From: a virus
Taxonomy: Duplodnaviria; Caudoviricetes
DNA: 52,409 bases
Virus record (IMG/VR): IMGVR_UViG_3300021093_000107
Span: 1 to 52,409 of that record
Strand: one strand, 5' to 3'
The notes under the pieces were generated by a model that was given only the letters and a program-made list of their open reading frames with translations, did no database searches and was not told the DNA's origin. This document shows, piece after piece, positions 8,991 to 19,238 of the stretch. Each line of letters begins with the position of its first letter. The stretch's first letter is position 1. Made by a program: the position numbers and the translations under genes.

Positions 8991-11900
8991 TGCCCACGTA
9001 TTCAATTACAGGACCTGACGGTAAAGAGTATTCTATTGATGGGCCCGAGGGAGCATCTCGTGAGCAAGTTATTGCTGCTATCGAAAATCAGCTAGCCTTA
9101 AAAAATAAACCTATCGAGACCGCTGGTCCTATTGAAGCTTTAGTAGGTAGTACTAAGCGTATGGGTGCTAATATTATTACAGGTGCTCAATTACCATTTG
9201 GCACGAAAGAAGCGGCACTAGAAGGCATATCAAGACAAAAAGATATTACCGAAAGACCAGCAGGTAGTTTAGAAGCTGTAAAACAAGCGTATGAACAAAA
9301 AGGTTTCTTTCCAGCCGCCAAAGAAGTTGTTACTCAAATCCCAGGAGTTATTACTGAACAAGTGCCTCTTGTAGGTTCTATGTATGCTGGTGCTAAAGCA
9401 GGTGCTATGCTTCCAGTTCCTCCACAATTTAAACCATTTACTGCGCTTGCAGGGTCAGTCTTACTACCATTATTATCCTATGCAGGATCAAGTGCTGAAC
9501 GTAAAGCTGAAGAACAAATTGCTAGAGGTGAACCTGTTGATATAAATGCGACAGGTGCTTTTGCTTCAGGTGCGGGTCAAGCAGCATTAGATAGATTAGC
9601 ACTAGGCTTCAGTGGACTAGCACGAGTATTTGGTATTTCATCTAAAGAATTAGCCACAGAAGCAGGTGCAAAATTAGCAAAAGAATCATTGGGTAAAGCA
9701 ATAGCTAAAGGCACATTAAAAACAGAACTAGCTGAGATACCTACTGAAATTGCACAACAAGCTATTGAAAGATTTTATGCAGGGTTACCTCTTACAGGTG
9801 AAGATGCATTAAAAGAATACGGCGATATAGCATATCAAACATCTCTCATGGGTCCTCTTGGTGGTGTTGGCCGTGTATACGAACGCGGTGAACAACGTGA
9901 CATCATCAAAGGTCTAGAACAACGTCAACAACGTGAAGGTATTAAAACAAAACAAGCAGATATTAAAGCTGCACTCAATGAACCTTCTGGTCAATTTGTT
10001 ATCGACCCTATCACACAACAAGAAAAAGAATTAACTATAGGTGAGCTACAAAAAAGAGAACGCTCAGAATTATTTCCTGAAGAATTTGTTACAGATAAAA
10101 CACTCACGGATTTAGGTATTAAAGCAAGTACTCCTCTTGTTAAAAAAGGTGGACTCCGTGATTTAGATTTAAATAAACCCGAAGAAGCAAAGCAATTTAT
10201 TGACGGGCTAACTTTATTTAAAGAGCAAAAAGGCGTTGAACCCGAAGTAAAAAATAAGATTGAAGCAAAGATTAAAGAAGTTGAAGATAATTTAAAAGCT
10301 CTAGAAACTAAACAGAAAGAGGCTCAAGATGAAAGACTTAAGTCCACAACAGATAGAGAAAATATTCAAGTATCTGGAGAACCCATGGCAGGACGAGCCG
10401 AAGGAATTTCAGAGCCTGTCGGAGTTAGAGGTGTTGAGCCTACAGCTAATATTAGACCAACTGAAATGGGAGAGGCGAGACGCAGTGCTCCACTAGCACC
10501 TGAATCTACTGAAGTATTAAAAGGTGAAGAAGGTCCGAAGTATGCTAAAGGCGAGGAAGATATTGGGTATCATGCAGGAAATTTAGGATATGGGTTTGAT
10601 ACTACTTTAGGTAGAATGTCTTCAGGCAGAAGTACAGGTCATTTTGGCACAGGAGTTTATTTTACAGGACAACCTATAACTGAAGGAACTCGTATAAATA
10701 GACCTATGCAAAAAATAGATTTTTCTAAATATAACTTAGCTAAACCCAAAACAAGAGAAGATGCGTTTAAATTACATGACGGTTTAAAAGCTATAAATGA
10801 CGCTGTTACTCAGTTAGCCCAAGGTAAAACTGAATGGGAAGGATATTTTGGAGCTAAAGAAAATATAAATAGTTTATATGACAAAGCTGCTTCAAGACTT
10901 AGTGAAAGTCTTGGTTTAGGTCAATACGGAAAAATTAAAGGTCTTATTGAAGAAGAAGTTAAAAAAACTGCGCCCAACGTAGAAAAAGTAATACATACAA
11001 ATGAGTATGTTCCTACCGCTGCTACTGAAGTAATGAAAAAACTTGGTTATGAAGGTGTTGATGTCAGAGGAATTCCAGATTTAGATAATATTACATATGG
11101 GTCTGTCATTTATGAAAAATCATTAGCGTCTAAAGCTAAAGAAGCCCGTGGTGAAATGGCTCTTACAAGAGAAACACCAGAAACAATTGTAGCGGCACTT
11201 AGAGATAGATTTGGTAATAATATCAATAAAGCTATGGAGCGGGGCGATGTTAAGTTAATTGAAAGTAAAGACTTACCTGCTAACATAGCACCTGATGCAG
11301 TAGCATACTTTGATAAGGGTGCAGCACATCTTATTACTGATCGTCTATCTAGGGAAGAAGCGCCTCGTAAATTATTGCATGAAGTAGGTGTTCACTATGG
11401 TCTTGAAGGTATGGCAGGTAAAGACTTATATAGGGATATTTTACGCACCGTCAGCCGACTAAAGGATACAGACAAAGCAGTTCGCGAAGCCACTGAACAC
11501 GTTAATAATAGGTATAAAGAATTAACACCAGGTAGTCGTGAGCATAGCGAAGAAGTCTTAGCTAGACTTGGTGAATCAGCACCTAATCATACGTTATGGC
11601 GTCGTATTGTCTCGGCTATCAAAAACTTCTTATTGAAAAAAGGTTTATGGAATCCTAACCGAATGGATGTTCGTGACATCCAAGACTTAATTAATAGGTC
11701 AACAGCTAAGTCACTCGCAGGAAAAATTAAACCAGCTACAAAAGAAATCCAGTATGCAAAAGCTGAACTACCTATATCTGACCGATTTAAAGACACTAAA
11801 GTATTTAGTCCACCAGGTGAAAACCAAGAGCGCGCATTTAAAGAGTTTGCGACCGGTACCTATGATCAGTTTAAATCAGAAGAAGGTAGAAAAGCCATTA

Positions 11901-14461
11901 CTAATTCTATAGACCGAGCGTTCCTTGAAGGTAGAACAAAGGTAGCTTATGCAGGTGCAGGTGTTCAGTCTAGGTTAATCAAAGATTTTAATGGTAGTGT
12001 CAATGATGCACTAGGTAATGTCCGTGCTGATATTCTGTACGACCAAGCTTTAAACGGTAACATACTCGGTTCTGTGTCAGCTAAAGAAGGCCGTGTTATA
12101 TTTGATGAAAGTGGTGTAGCAAAAGTAGAACCTTCACCATATCACATCAGTGCTATCTTTGATGAACAAGGTAAATTAGCAAAAACTTTAGGCCCGGTTG
12201 ATGCAAAACATGTAGCAAATGCATATCTACAAGCCGTAAGAAATAAAGAAATATTAGAAAACAATGATAAATACGAAGCGCTCATCCAACGCACAGAAAA
12301 TCAAAAGCTTAAAGATCAATACAAAAAAGAAATTAAATATATCTCGGATGAACAACGTGCCGCGATAGAACCGGCATTAAAATATGTAGATGAGTTTCCT
12401 GAAGTTAAAAGAATGGCGGAAATTTATGATAAGGTTAGGTTAGATGAAATTGATATGCTTGAGAAAGCTGAGATCTACTCTAAAGAGTACGCGGATAAAC
12501 TACGTGGTACTAAAGGCTATGTGCCGTTGTTCCGAGTTATGGAAGACTTAGATAATGTAACACCGGGTGCTAAACAATACTTTAAGGGTCTAGCTGATAT
12601 CGGCAAACAACATGCGTTTGAGGGTTCTGATAGACAAACCTTAGATGTATTAGATAATATGTTGACACGTCATATGTGGGCAGTTAACGCAGCGGTTCGT
12701 AATAATGCAAATAAACGCCTTGTAAAACAACTTGCTATCCATGATGAAGCAGGTCAACCCATCTATCACTATCAAATTCCCGCAGGTAAAGAAGATGTGA
12801 TGACACCTATTTTTGTTGATGGTAAACGTAAGTATGTTGAATATACAGATCCTTTATTTGCTACATCAGTATATGGTTTAGAACCATCCTTAGGTCCTAT
12901 TCTAGGCTTGATGAGTAAAGCAAGTAATGCACTCCGTATTGGTGTGACTGCAGCGCCTACATTCCAAGTCTATCAGTTATTTAACGACGCGCCCCGTGCA
13001 GCCATGTTATCCGGTGTGAATAGACCATTCAAACTTATGGGTGAAGTGTTCAAGAGTTTCTATACAACATTAAAAGACCCTAATGATCCTATCATTAAAG
13101 AAATGAATCGTCTTGGTATCAGTGGTGGCTTTGGACATAATGCAAAAGATATTGCAAATAAAATGCGTCGTGATTTAGGTCTTGAAGCTAATACGCTTGG
13201 TAAACGAGCTCTAGACAAAACAGAACAATTTGCAGCGGCATCTGATATGGCGCAACGTCGTGCTGTATTTAAACGTACACTACTTGAAACAGGTGGTGTT
13301 GAGAATGCTGACGGATCTATTACAGGCGGTAATAAAGTATTAGCGATGGACCGTGCTATGAATATTATTCACTGGCAGAAACGTGGTACAAGTAATAAGG
13401 TTAAAGTCTTATCTCAAGTTGTGCCGTTCTTAAATGCATATATTCAAGGTATGGACACATTGATCCGTGCTATGCGTGGTGAAGGTATTAGTGGTCGCGA
13501 GAAAAAAGAAGCCCAGATATTATTCGCACAAACGGCATTGAAGATAGCTGCGTTATCTACTATCTACGCTATGACTGTAGGCGGGGATGAAGAGTATCAG
13601 AAGTTAGATGATAGACAAAAGATTAGATCATTCATTATTCCGGGCACAGGCGTTAAAATTCCAGTAGCATCTGAAATAGCTATGTTGACTAAAGCTATTC
13701 CTGAAATGACATGGCAATATATCAATCGAGAAGGCACCGCTAATCCGATGGACTCAACTAAGCTTATGCAAGCTATCGGCGGTTCGTTTGCTGACGGTTT
13801 ACTTGGTCCTAACTTAATGCCACAAGCTTTACGTGCAGGTGTTGAGGTTGTAACTAATCATGACTTTTTGACTGGCAACCCAATTGTTGGACGCGGTTTA
13901 GAAAATCTTGCAACGTCTGAGCAGTTTACGGAAAACACTTCGGAATTAGCTAAGCTTGTAGGGGGAACAGGTATCATTTCTCCAGTTAATTTAGATCATC
14001 TCATTAAAGGTTATGGCGGTACGATGGCTGCGGGCGTGCTTTACGGAATTGATGCTACAGCTAATATGTTCTTTAATGATAAGCTACCTACTACCCCTTT
14101 ATACAGAGTGCCTATGATTGGTTCATTTATGTATAGCCCAGAAGGTAAAGGCCAACTTAATGACTATTATGATTTAAAAGATAGATCTGATGAAGTGACT
14201 GCAACATTAAATCACTTAAGAAAGTTTGGTACTCCAGAAGAAGCTCAAGAGTATGCGACAGACAAAAAAGAAATCTTAGCTATCCGTGGACAAGTGAATG
14301 CTATATCAAATCAAATGAAGATACTACGTGAACAACGTAAACGCATCATAGCAGGTAACTTAAGTTCTGACGAGAAAAGAAGTCAACTAAATATTATTGA
14401 CGCACGTATTAATAACATGGTACAAAACATAGGTGCACTAAGAGTCAAAGCAGGACTTTAA
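8990..14461 (+). CDS. Large polyvalent internal virion protein (ART-like, zincin-like and LPD38-like regions)
   Basis: 1823 aa; YHAG..FGTGVYFT..GYEGV; LLHEVGVH..EEVLA; C-terminal PFLNAYIQG..N.DF.TG.PI..SP..LDHLI.GY.G. Confidence 0.7.
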   Translation: MPTYSITGPDGKEYSIDGPEGASREQVIAAIENQLALKNKPIETAGPIEALVGSTKRMGANIITGAQLPFGTKEAALEGISRQKDITERPAGSLEAVKQAYEQKGFFPAAKEVVTQIPGVITEQVPLVGSMYAGAKAGAMLPVPPQFKPFTALAGSVLLPLLSYAGSSAERKAEEQIARGEPVDINATGAFASGAGQAALDRLALGFSGLARVFGISSKELATEAGAKLAKESLGKAIAKGTLKTELAEIPTEIAQQAIERFYAGLPLTGEDALKEYGDIAYQTSLMGPLGGVGRVYERGEQRDIIKGLEQRQQREGIKTKQADIKAALNEPSGQFVIDPITQQEKELTIGELQKRERSELFPEEFVTDKTLTDLGIKASTPLVKKGGLRDLDLNKPEEAKQFIDGLTLFKEQKGVEPEVKNKIEAKIKEVEDNLKALETKQKEAQDERLKSTTDRENIQVSGEPMAGRAEGISEPVGVRGVEPTANIRPTEMGEARRSAPLAPESTEVLKGEEGPKYAKGEEDIGYHAGNLGYGFDTTLGRMSSGRSTGHFGTGVYFTGQPITEGTRINRPMQKIDFSKYNLAKPKTREDAFKLHDGLKAINDAVTQLAQGKTEWEGYFGAKENINSLYDKAASRLSESLGLGQYGKIKGLIEEEVKKTAPNVEKVIHTNEYVPTAATEVMKKLGYEGVDVRGIPDLDNITYGSVIYEKSLASKAKEARGEMALTRETPETIVAALRDRFGNNINKAMERGDVKLIESKDLPANIAPDAVAYFDKGAAHLITDRLSREEAPRKLLHEVGVHYGLEGMAGKDLYRDILRTVSRLKDTDKAVREATEHVNNRYKELTPGSREHSEEVLARLGESAPNHTLWRRIVSAIKNFLLKKGLWNPNRMDVRDIQDLINRSTAKSLAGKIKPATKEIQYAKAELPISDRFKDTKVFSPPGENQERAFKEFATGTYDQFKSEEGRKAITNSIDRAFLEGRTKVAYAGAGVQSRLIKDFNGSVNDALGNVRADILYDQALNGNILGSVSAKEGRVIFDESGVAKVEPSPYHISAIFDEQGKLAKTLGPVDAKHVANAYLQAVRNKEILENNDKYEALIQRTENQKLKDQYKKEIKYISDEQRAAIEPALKYVDEFPEVKRMAEIYDKVRLDEIDMLEKAEIYSKEYADKLRGTKGYVPLFRVMEDLDNVTPGAKQYFKGLADIGKQHAFEGSDRQTLDVLDNMLTRHMWAVNAAVRNNANKRLVKQLAIHDEAGQPIYHYQIPAGKEDVMTPIFVDGKRKYVEYTDPLFATSVYGLEPSLGPILGLMSKASNALRIGVTAAPTFQVYQLFNDAPRAAMLSGVNRPFKLMGEVFKSFYTTLKDPNDPIIKEMNRLGISGGFGHNAKDIANKMRRDLGLEANTLGKRALDKTEQFAAASDMAQRRAVFKRTLLETGGVENADGSITGGNKVLAMDRAMNIIHWQKRGTSNKVKVLSQVVPFLNAYIQGMDTLIRAMRGEGISGREKKEAQILFAQTALKIAALSTIYAMTVGGDEEYQKLDDRQKIRSFIIPGTGVKIPVASEIAMLTKAIPEMTWQYINREGTANPMDSTKLMQAIGGSFADGLLGPNLMPQALRAGVEVVTNHDFLTGNPIVGRGLENLATSEQFTENTSELAKLVGGTGIISPVNLDHLIKGYGGTMAAGVLYGIDATANMFFNDKLPTTPLYRVPMIGSFMYSPEGKGQLNDYYDLKDRSDEVTATLNHLRKFGTPEEAQEYATDKKEILAIRGQVNAISNQMKILREQRKRIIAGNLSSDEKRSQLNIIDARINNMVQNIGALRVKAGL

Positions 14462-14664
14462 GCAATACGCCAAGCCCTAACCCCTAGACACCCGTCTTTC
14501 TGTGTCACAAAACATCGTACAACTATTTGAGACCGCTTCGCTCCTTTTTCGATTGCATAGAGCATAATAGATGGTTCAAGTGTAAGTATAAAGAAACTAT
14601 CTCCTATCAACATGCCTTCAAATGGAAATACCCATTCAGGTTCTTTAAACTCTGTCATCTTCAC
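14458..14664 (-). CDS. Small hypothetical, possibly DNA-binding
   Basis: FPFEGMLIGDSFFI..GVRAWR; its stop overlaps the stop of the convergent + strand gene (shared TTAA). Confidence 0.55.
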   Translation of the reverse strand: MKMTEFKEPEWVFPFEGMLIGDSFFILTLEPSIMLYAIEKGAKRSQIVVRCFVTQKDGCLGVRAWRIA

Positions 14665-17485
14665 CTACATGTAGATTGGGCATAGTTAATAAATCAATCT
14701 TATACACACGTGTTGCAGACTTACCAATATCTTTCCACCCAGCACTCATACGTTTAACAGAACTTCTACCTGCATCAACCTTAATACCGAGTGCATTAAT
14801 TTGGAATAAGAACTCTTTAGTACTGATGCCACTTTCTGTTAAGTACTTATCAAATTCTGTCTTAGATATATACATAATATTACTATCGTTCTCGACTCGG
14901 ATAACTAAAGCCATTCTAGGTTCCATAGTAATCTTATTATCTTTAAATGCTAAGATGCCTGATTGGTTTTTATTGATGTAATCAGATAGAATAGACTCAT
15001 AGTTAACACTATTAACCTTGACTACGTTATCTCTGATTGCAATCATTTCACCTACAATACGTGCATAAATTCTACCTAGATCTAACTTAGTAATACCAGC
15101 TTCATTAGAAATTTCTCCTGCAGTCATGGCGGCAGCTACTACGTTTTCATAGAAGCGATATGCAGTATCTTCACCGAAGTCTTTTTTGAAACGTAAGCAC
15201 CAAGCATCAATCATCTTATTAACGCCTTGTTCACCTACTTTGTATACAGCTTTAATAAATAAAGGTCCAGCCCAGCCACAATTAAATCTAAACTGGTCAA
15301 AGATTTCTCGACCAAGGGTTGCTTCATCTTTAAATACTGCAGGCTTTCTTACCATCATCTCAATAAGTCTAGCTACTTCACCATTAGGATCTTTCTTTAA
15401 AGTGGTTAGCTTGTCATATAAAGATTGATTAGATGTAAAGATTGCAATTAAAGACGCCGACATTTCATGTTCACGTTCTGCATTCACAGATGCTTGCATT
15501 CGAATCTTAGACTTACCTTGTGAAATCTTATGGATTAATTGTGATAAAGACTTAGGTAATATATTACCCACCTCATCTAAACCAAATGGGATATTGTGTA
15601 GGCCTAAGTATCTACCTGTCATACCGTTTTCTGTAGCTTCTAATACAGATAAATCTTTTGGATTACCCCATACAGAGAGTGCAGAATATAAAGCACCTGT
15701 CTTAGCCGCACCGGATTCACCTGTTAAACATAGTGTCACTCCCGATGTAGATGTGTAATCCATCAATGCCGAACCCATACCTGCTAACATTGTGAATGCA
15801 TGTAGTTCTAGACTTGGCATATTAAGTTTGTTTGCAGATTCTTGCCAACCTTCTAATGTTCCCATAGGTTGTAAGTGTTTAGCGATGCCTCGGCAAAGGG
15901 GAGATGTAGGTGAAGCTACTTCACTACCATCCCGTAGATACTCGGTACCTCCAATAACAAACGATTGGCGACCGAGGGTCCACCCCATTTGCATACGCAT
16001 GACTTCTGCTGATTGTTTGTTCATGAGGTATTGACCCCATTTAATTATATATTGCATTAATAACCCCACTTCCTTAGTTCCTGGACTAAATAAAACACCA
16101 TTACTCGAAATAACTTCTTTAAACTTTTCCACTGCATACACATGCTTTAACGGCAGTAAGAATTCTATTTCCGGATCATTAGGTGGTACCGTTTTCATAA
16201 GTAGACATTCACCATCGGCCACACTACGGATTCGCTTAATAGGATAAATATCATATAAAGATACCGTTGTTCTTATTGTATCTATCGGCTTATTATCTTT
16301 ATCATATTTAGTTTCAACATAATAAATACCGCCGTTTATCCCATATTCATAGCCTTTTAATTCTGGGGGCAATGTTCTTAATTGCGTTGAAACAGTTCCT
16401 GTGACTGGGTGAATTACTTCTACTACTGGATTATCTGAAGGCTCAACGTTTTGAAACTTTTTAGCTATATTAATAGGTGTTGTAATCGTGCCTTTGAGTG
16501 GGCATTCTTCGCAACCACCAGGATTAACTTCATCAAATGTCTTACAGAAATAAGGGCTTAACTTCTTGCCGCCAGGATGTGCTTTTTTAATAGTAGCTTC
16601 TGGAGAGTACCCAGCGTGCTCGCTTGAAATCCAATGAATAGCTTGCTCATGATCATTACAATTTACAGCGATAGATAGCCCTGCCCGCCAAACAGGTTCA
16701 GTCAATATAGCTGCGTTCTGTACTATAAATTTAATCTGATTACATCCGTTGCCGGCAACTGACATATCAGCAAGTTCTTCAAAATTAGTTTGATAGTTAT
16801 CTAACTTAGCAGCTTTAATCTGATCTTCGGATAGTTGGCCTTTAGGAATTGATGCAAGAATTTCTTCCTGTGTTTGTACATGTTGCCCTAAAAAGTTTTT
16901 AAATTCATCAAACGAATATACTTGAATTTCTTTATCTAAAACTTTAGTAGGGATCGGAGGGTCAGTCTTTTGATTGAATGTGTCAGGGCATCGTAAAATC
17001 CGAGCCAAGTCTGCTGTCACTACTGGGTCTATGTTTAGGCCATGATTCAAACAAAAGTCTTTAAACTTTTCTGCGTAAGGCTTCCATTCATCTGCAGGGA
17101 CATCCTTATCAAATATCCAGTATGCATGTACGCCACCACCTGAATCAATGCGTACGGGCGGAGGTAATTCATTAGCTTCAATAAACTTATCTATAGCATC
17201 GAGTGCTTCGTCTTTGGAGTTATAGCCTTTTCCTTCTCCGACATCAAGGTCAACAAAGAAAGACTTCACAGCTTGGGCTTCATCAGCTTTACGGCTATAA
17301 CCTTTGAATGAACTAAGTGCTACAAATATATTAGTCTTCGTATTTTTCTTAGATTCTACAAAGCTTTCTAAGTCATCAATTGATTCAACAAACTTATGCT
17401 TTGTAATCTTTGCAACAGGGTCAATCGTAGCTACACAATACACGCCTGTTGAGGGCAAAGCTTTCTTATAAAATTCTTTAATCAT
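14645..17485 (-). CDS. Primase-helicase (AEP/RepB-like N-terminus plus DUF927)
   Basis: FFVDLD, DSGGGVHAYW, D.ARILR.P.T.N.K; Cys cluster; Walker A-like GESGAAKT; LDE Walker B. Confidence 0.85.
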   Translation of the reverse strand: MIKEFYKKALPSTGVYCVATIDPVAKITKHKFVESIDDLESFVESKKNTKTNIFVALSSFKGYSRKADEAQAVKSFFVDLDVGEGKGYNSKDEALDAIDKFIEANELPPPVRIDSGGGVHAYWIFDKDVPADEWKPYAEKFKDFCLNHGLNIDPVVTADLARILRCPDTFNQKTDPPIPTKVLDKEIQVYSFDEFKNFLGQHVQTQEEILASIPKGQLSEDQIKAAKLDNYQTNFEELADMSVAGNGCNQIKFIVQNAAILTEPVWRAGLSIAVNCNDHEQAIHWISSEHAGYSPEATIKKAHPGGKKLSPYFCKTFDEVNPGGCEECPLKGTITTPINIAKKFQNVEPSDNPVVEVIHPVTGTVSTQLRTLPPELKGYEYGINGGIYYVETKYDKDNKPIDTIRTTVSLYDIYPIKRIRSVADGECLLMKTVPPNDPEIEFLLPLKHVYAVEKFKEVISSNGVLFSPGTKEVGLLMQYIIKWGQYLMNKQSAEVMRMQMGWTLGRQSFVIGGTEYLRDGSEVASPTSPLCRGIAKHLQPMGTLEGWQESANKLNMPSLELHAFTMLAGMGSALMDYTSTSGVTLCLTGESGAAKTGALYSALSVWGNPKDLSVLEATENGMTGRYLGLHNIPFGLDEVGNILPKSLSQLIHKISQGKSKIRMQASVNAEREHEMSASLIAIFTSNQSLYDKLTTLKKDPNGEVARLIEMMVRKPAVFKDEATLGREIFDQFRFNCGWAGPLFIKAVYKVGEQGVNKMIDAWCLRFKKDFGEDTAYRFYENVVAAAMTAGEISNEAGITKLDLGRIYARIVGEMIAIRDNVVKVNSVNYESILSDYINKNQSGILAFKDNKITMEPRMALVIRVENDSNIMYISKTEFDKYLTESGISTKEFLFQINALGIKVDAGRSSVKRMSAGWKDIGKSATRVYKIDLLTMPNLHVGEDDRV

Positions 17486-17575
17486 TGCAGTTTCCTAAAT
17501 TTTTAGTCAACAGTTCCCCACCACACAAAAGTGTGTTTTTAAAATTACTACTGGAGAAATCCTATTCTACTACGT

Positions 17576-17884
17576 TTATATATCTTTGCCTATTGCATCT
17601 AAATAATTTTTAGCTACCTTCATTGTCGGCGCAGGTAATATACCTCGTTCTAACGCCTTATCAACTTTGCCTATAAATTTAGCAATACGCTCATAATTCT
17701 TCTCTCTAACATACTGGCCTCTGAACCAATTGTGTATCGACATCCTTGACACATCAAAAACTTCAGCAACATACGACGTAGGTAAATTTGCTTTTACACA
17801 AACCTTACCCAGTTGTATACCAATACGCGTGGGATCTGCTTTATGAAGATCCAGTAAAAACCTTTCACTATATGGTCTAGCCAT
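17576..17884 (-). CDS. HTH DNA-binding protein
   Basis: VAEVFDVSRMSIHNWFRG helix-turn-helix. Confidence 0.7.
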   Translation of the reverse strand: MARPYSERFLLDLHKADPTRIGIQLGKVCVKANLPTSYVAEVFDVSRMSIHNWFRGQYVREKNYERIAKFIGKVDKALERGILPAPTMKVAKNYLDAIGKDI

Positions 17885-17893
17885 GATTTCTCC

Positions 17894-18772
17894 TTATGAC
17901 TTCGCAGACCATTTATTAATAATTGAACTTACATCTGCTTTTGGTGCAACAGGTGCTGATGTTGGTTCTGACACTCTTAATGTAGGTTCAACGACGTCTG
18001 CTACGGGTACTACTGCAGGTGGTACTACAGGTGGTGCACTCGGTGTAGTAAGCGTCGGCTGAGCGACTGGTGTTTCCTCTTCTGTTTCTTGGTAAACACG
18101 TAGTGTCACATAGTTTTTAGCTTCGTCTGATTGAGAAATATTGTTAAGCACTTCTAACATATCCATAGGCACAGCACCACTTGGTTCAAATAAAAGCTTC
18201 TGATAGGTTACAGATTTGTCAAACGATATTTTTGTAATCACGTTATTGTTATTAATACCATTTGCTGCTAGGAATCTGATGTATGTTTGGAATGGGCGTT
18301 TGCCGTTAACCTCTTCACCAAAGCAAGACTTAGGAGATAAGATTAGTTGCATGATATCATTCGGTTTACCTGGTTGAACAACTGCTGTTCTCCATGATAA
18401 TTTACATGCTGGTGTTGCACCACGAATACTGTGTGCACATTGATTACATGCAGGTGCTTGTGGTGTCTTTACATCTGCATCAGGTGTTTGTGCATTATTA
18501 GACCAGCATAGTGGTTTAGATTTAGCACCTGGTGTATAAGCACTGCCATAGAATGTACGAGAAGGAGTATGAGCCATCTTAACAAAGATAACTTCTATCT
18601 CTTTATCAGTCGACGCAATCTCATTACCATTCACTACTAAATTAAATTTACCACCTTCAACTGAAAGTCTTCTATTATTAGCACGACCGGCGACGGCTAA
18701 AGTGTCTGCATTAAGACCGCCTGATGCCATCAAAGAATTCTGTTGTAACTGCGTTATTAAATCGATACTCAT
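17894..18772 (-). CDS. Putative ssDNA-binding protein
   Basis: RLSVEGGKF, RTFY...Y, CWS, C..C; Pro-rich linker and short C-terminal tail; in the replication operon. Confidence 0.55.
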   Translation of the reverse strand: MSIDLITQLQQNSLMASGGLNADTLAVAGRANNRRLSVEGGKFNLVVNGNEIASTDKEIEVIFVKMAHTPSRTFYGSAYTPGAKSKPLCWSNNAQTPDADVKTPQAPACNQCAHSIRGATPACKLSWRTAVVQPGKPNDIMQLILSPKSCFGEEVNGKRPFQTYIRFLAANGINNNNVITKISFDKSVTYQKLLFEPSGAVPMDMLEVLNNISQSDEAKNYVTLRVYQETEEETPVAQPTLTTPSAPPVVPPAVVPVADVVEPTLRVSEPTSAPVAPKADVSSIINKWSAKS

Positions 18773-18782
18773 ATACTGCTCC

Positions 18783-19238
18783 TTATTTTGCTGTTGGTTT
18801 TCTTACTGTTGCTCTAAATTCTCTTACTGAACTAATACCAGGTGGCATACCTTCTCCGCCGTGATTAGCCATATACTCTTTAAAATTACCTTGATGTAAC
18901 TTTTGTTGTAGTAATTCTAATGCGTTCTCTTGTATTACAAACTCTTTAAACTCATCCCAATTACCACATGTATAATCTTCTTTAACAGTGCGAGTTACAG
19001 TACCTACATTAGTACGAATACTATCAGCACCGATCTTACTGCACTCGTCAAGTAAAACAACTTCAATCTGTTTTAGCTCTTCTTCTAATTGGCCGTTCTT
19101 GTTTTGATATTCTCTATACAGGTTACTCTTAGCATCCCTAATTGTCAAATAGGTTTTGACTAATTCTTCTAACTTCGGTGCTGATTCATGATCAGCTTCT
19201 ACTGCAACTTCTGATTCTACTTCTATGATTTCACTCAT
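18783..19238 (-). CDS. Conserved phage hypothetical protein
   Basis: YLTIRD..SIRT.VGTV..W..F..F; coiled-coil N-terminal half. Confidence 0.6.
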   Translation of the reverse strand: MSEIIEVESEVAVEADHESAPKLEELVKTYLTIRDAKSNLYREYQNKNGQLEEELKQIEVVLLDECSKIGADSIRTNVGTVTRTVKEDYTCGNWDEFKEFVIQENALELLQQKLHQGNFKEYMANHGGEGMPPGISSVREFRATVRKPTAK

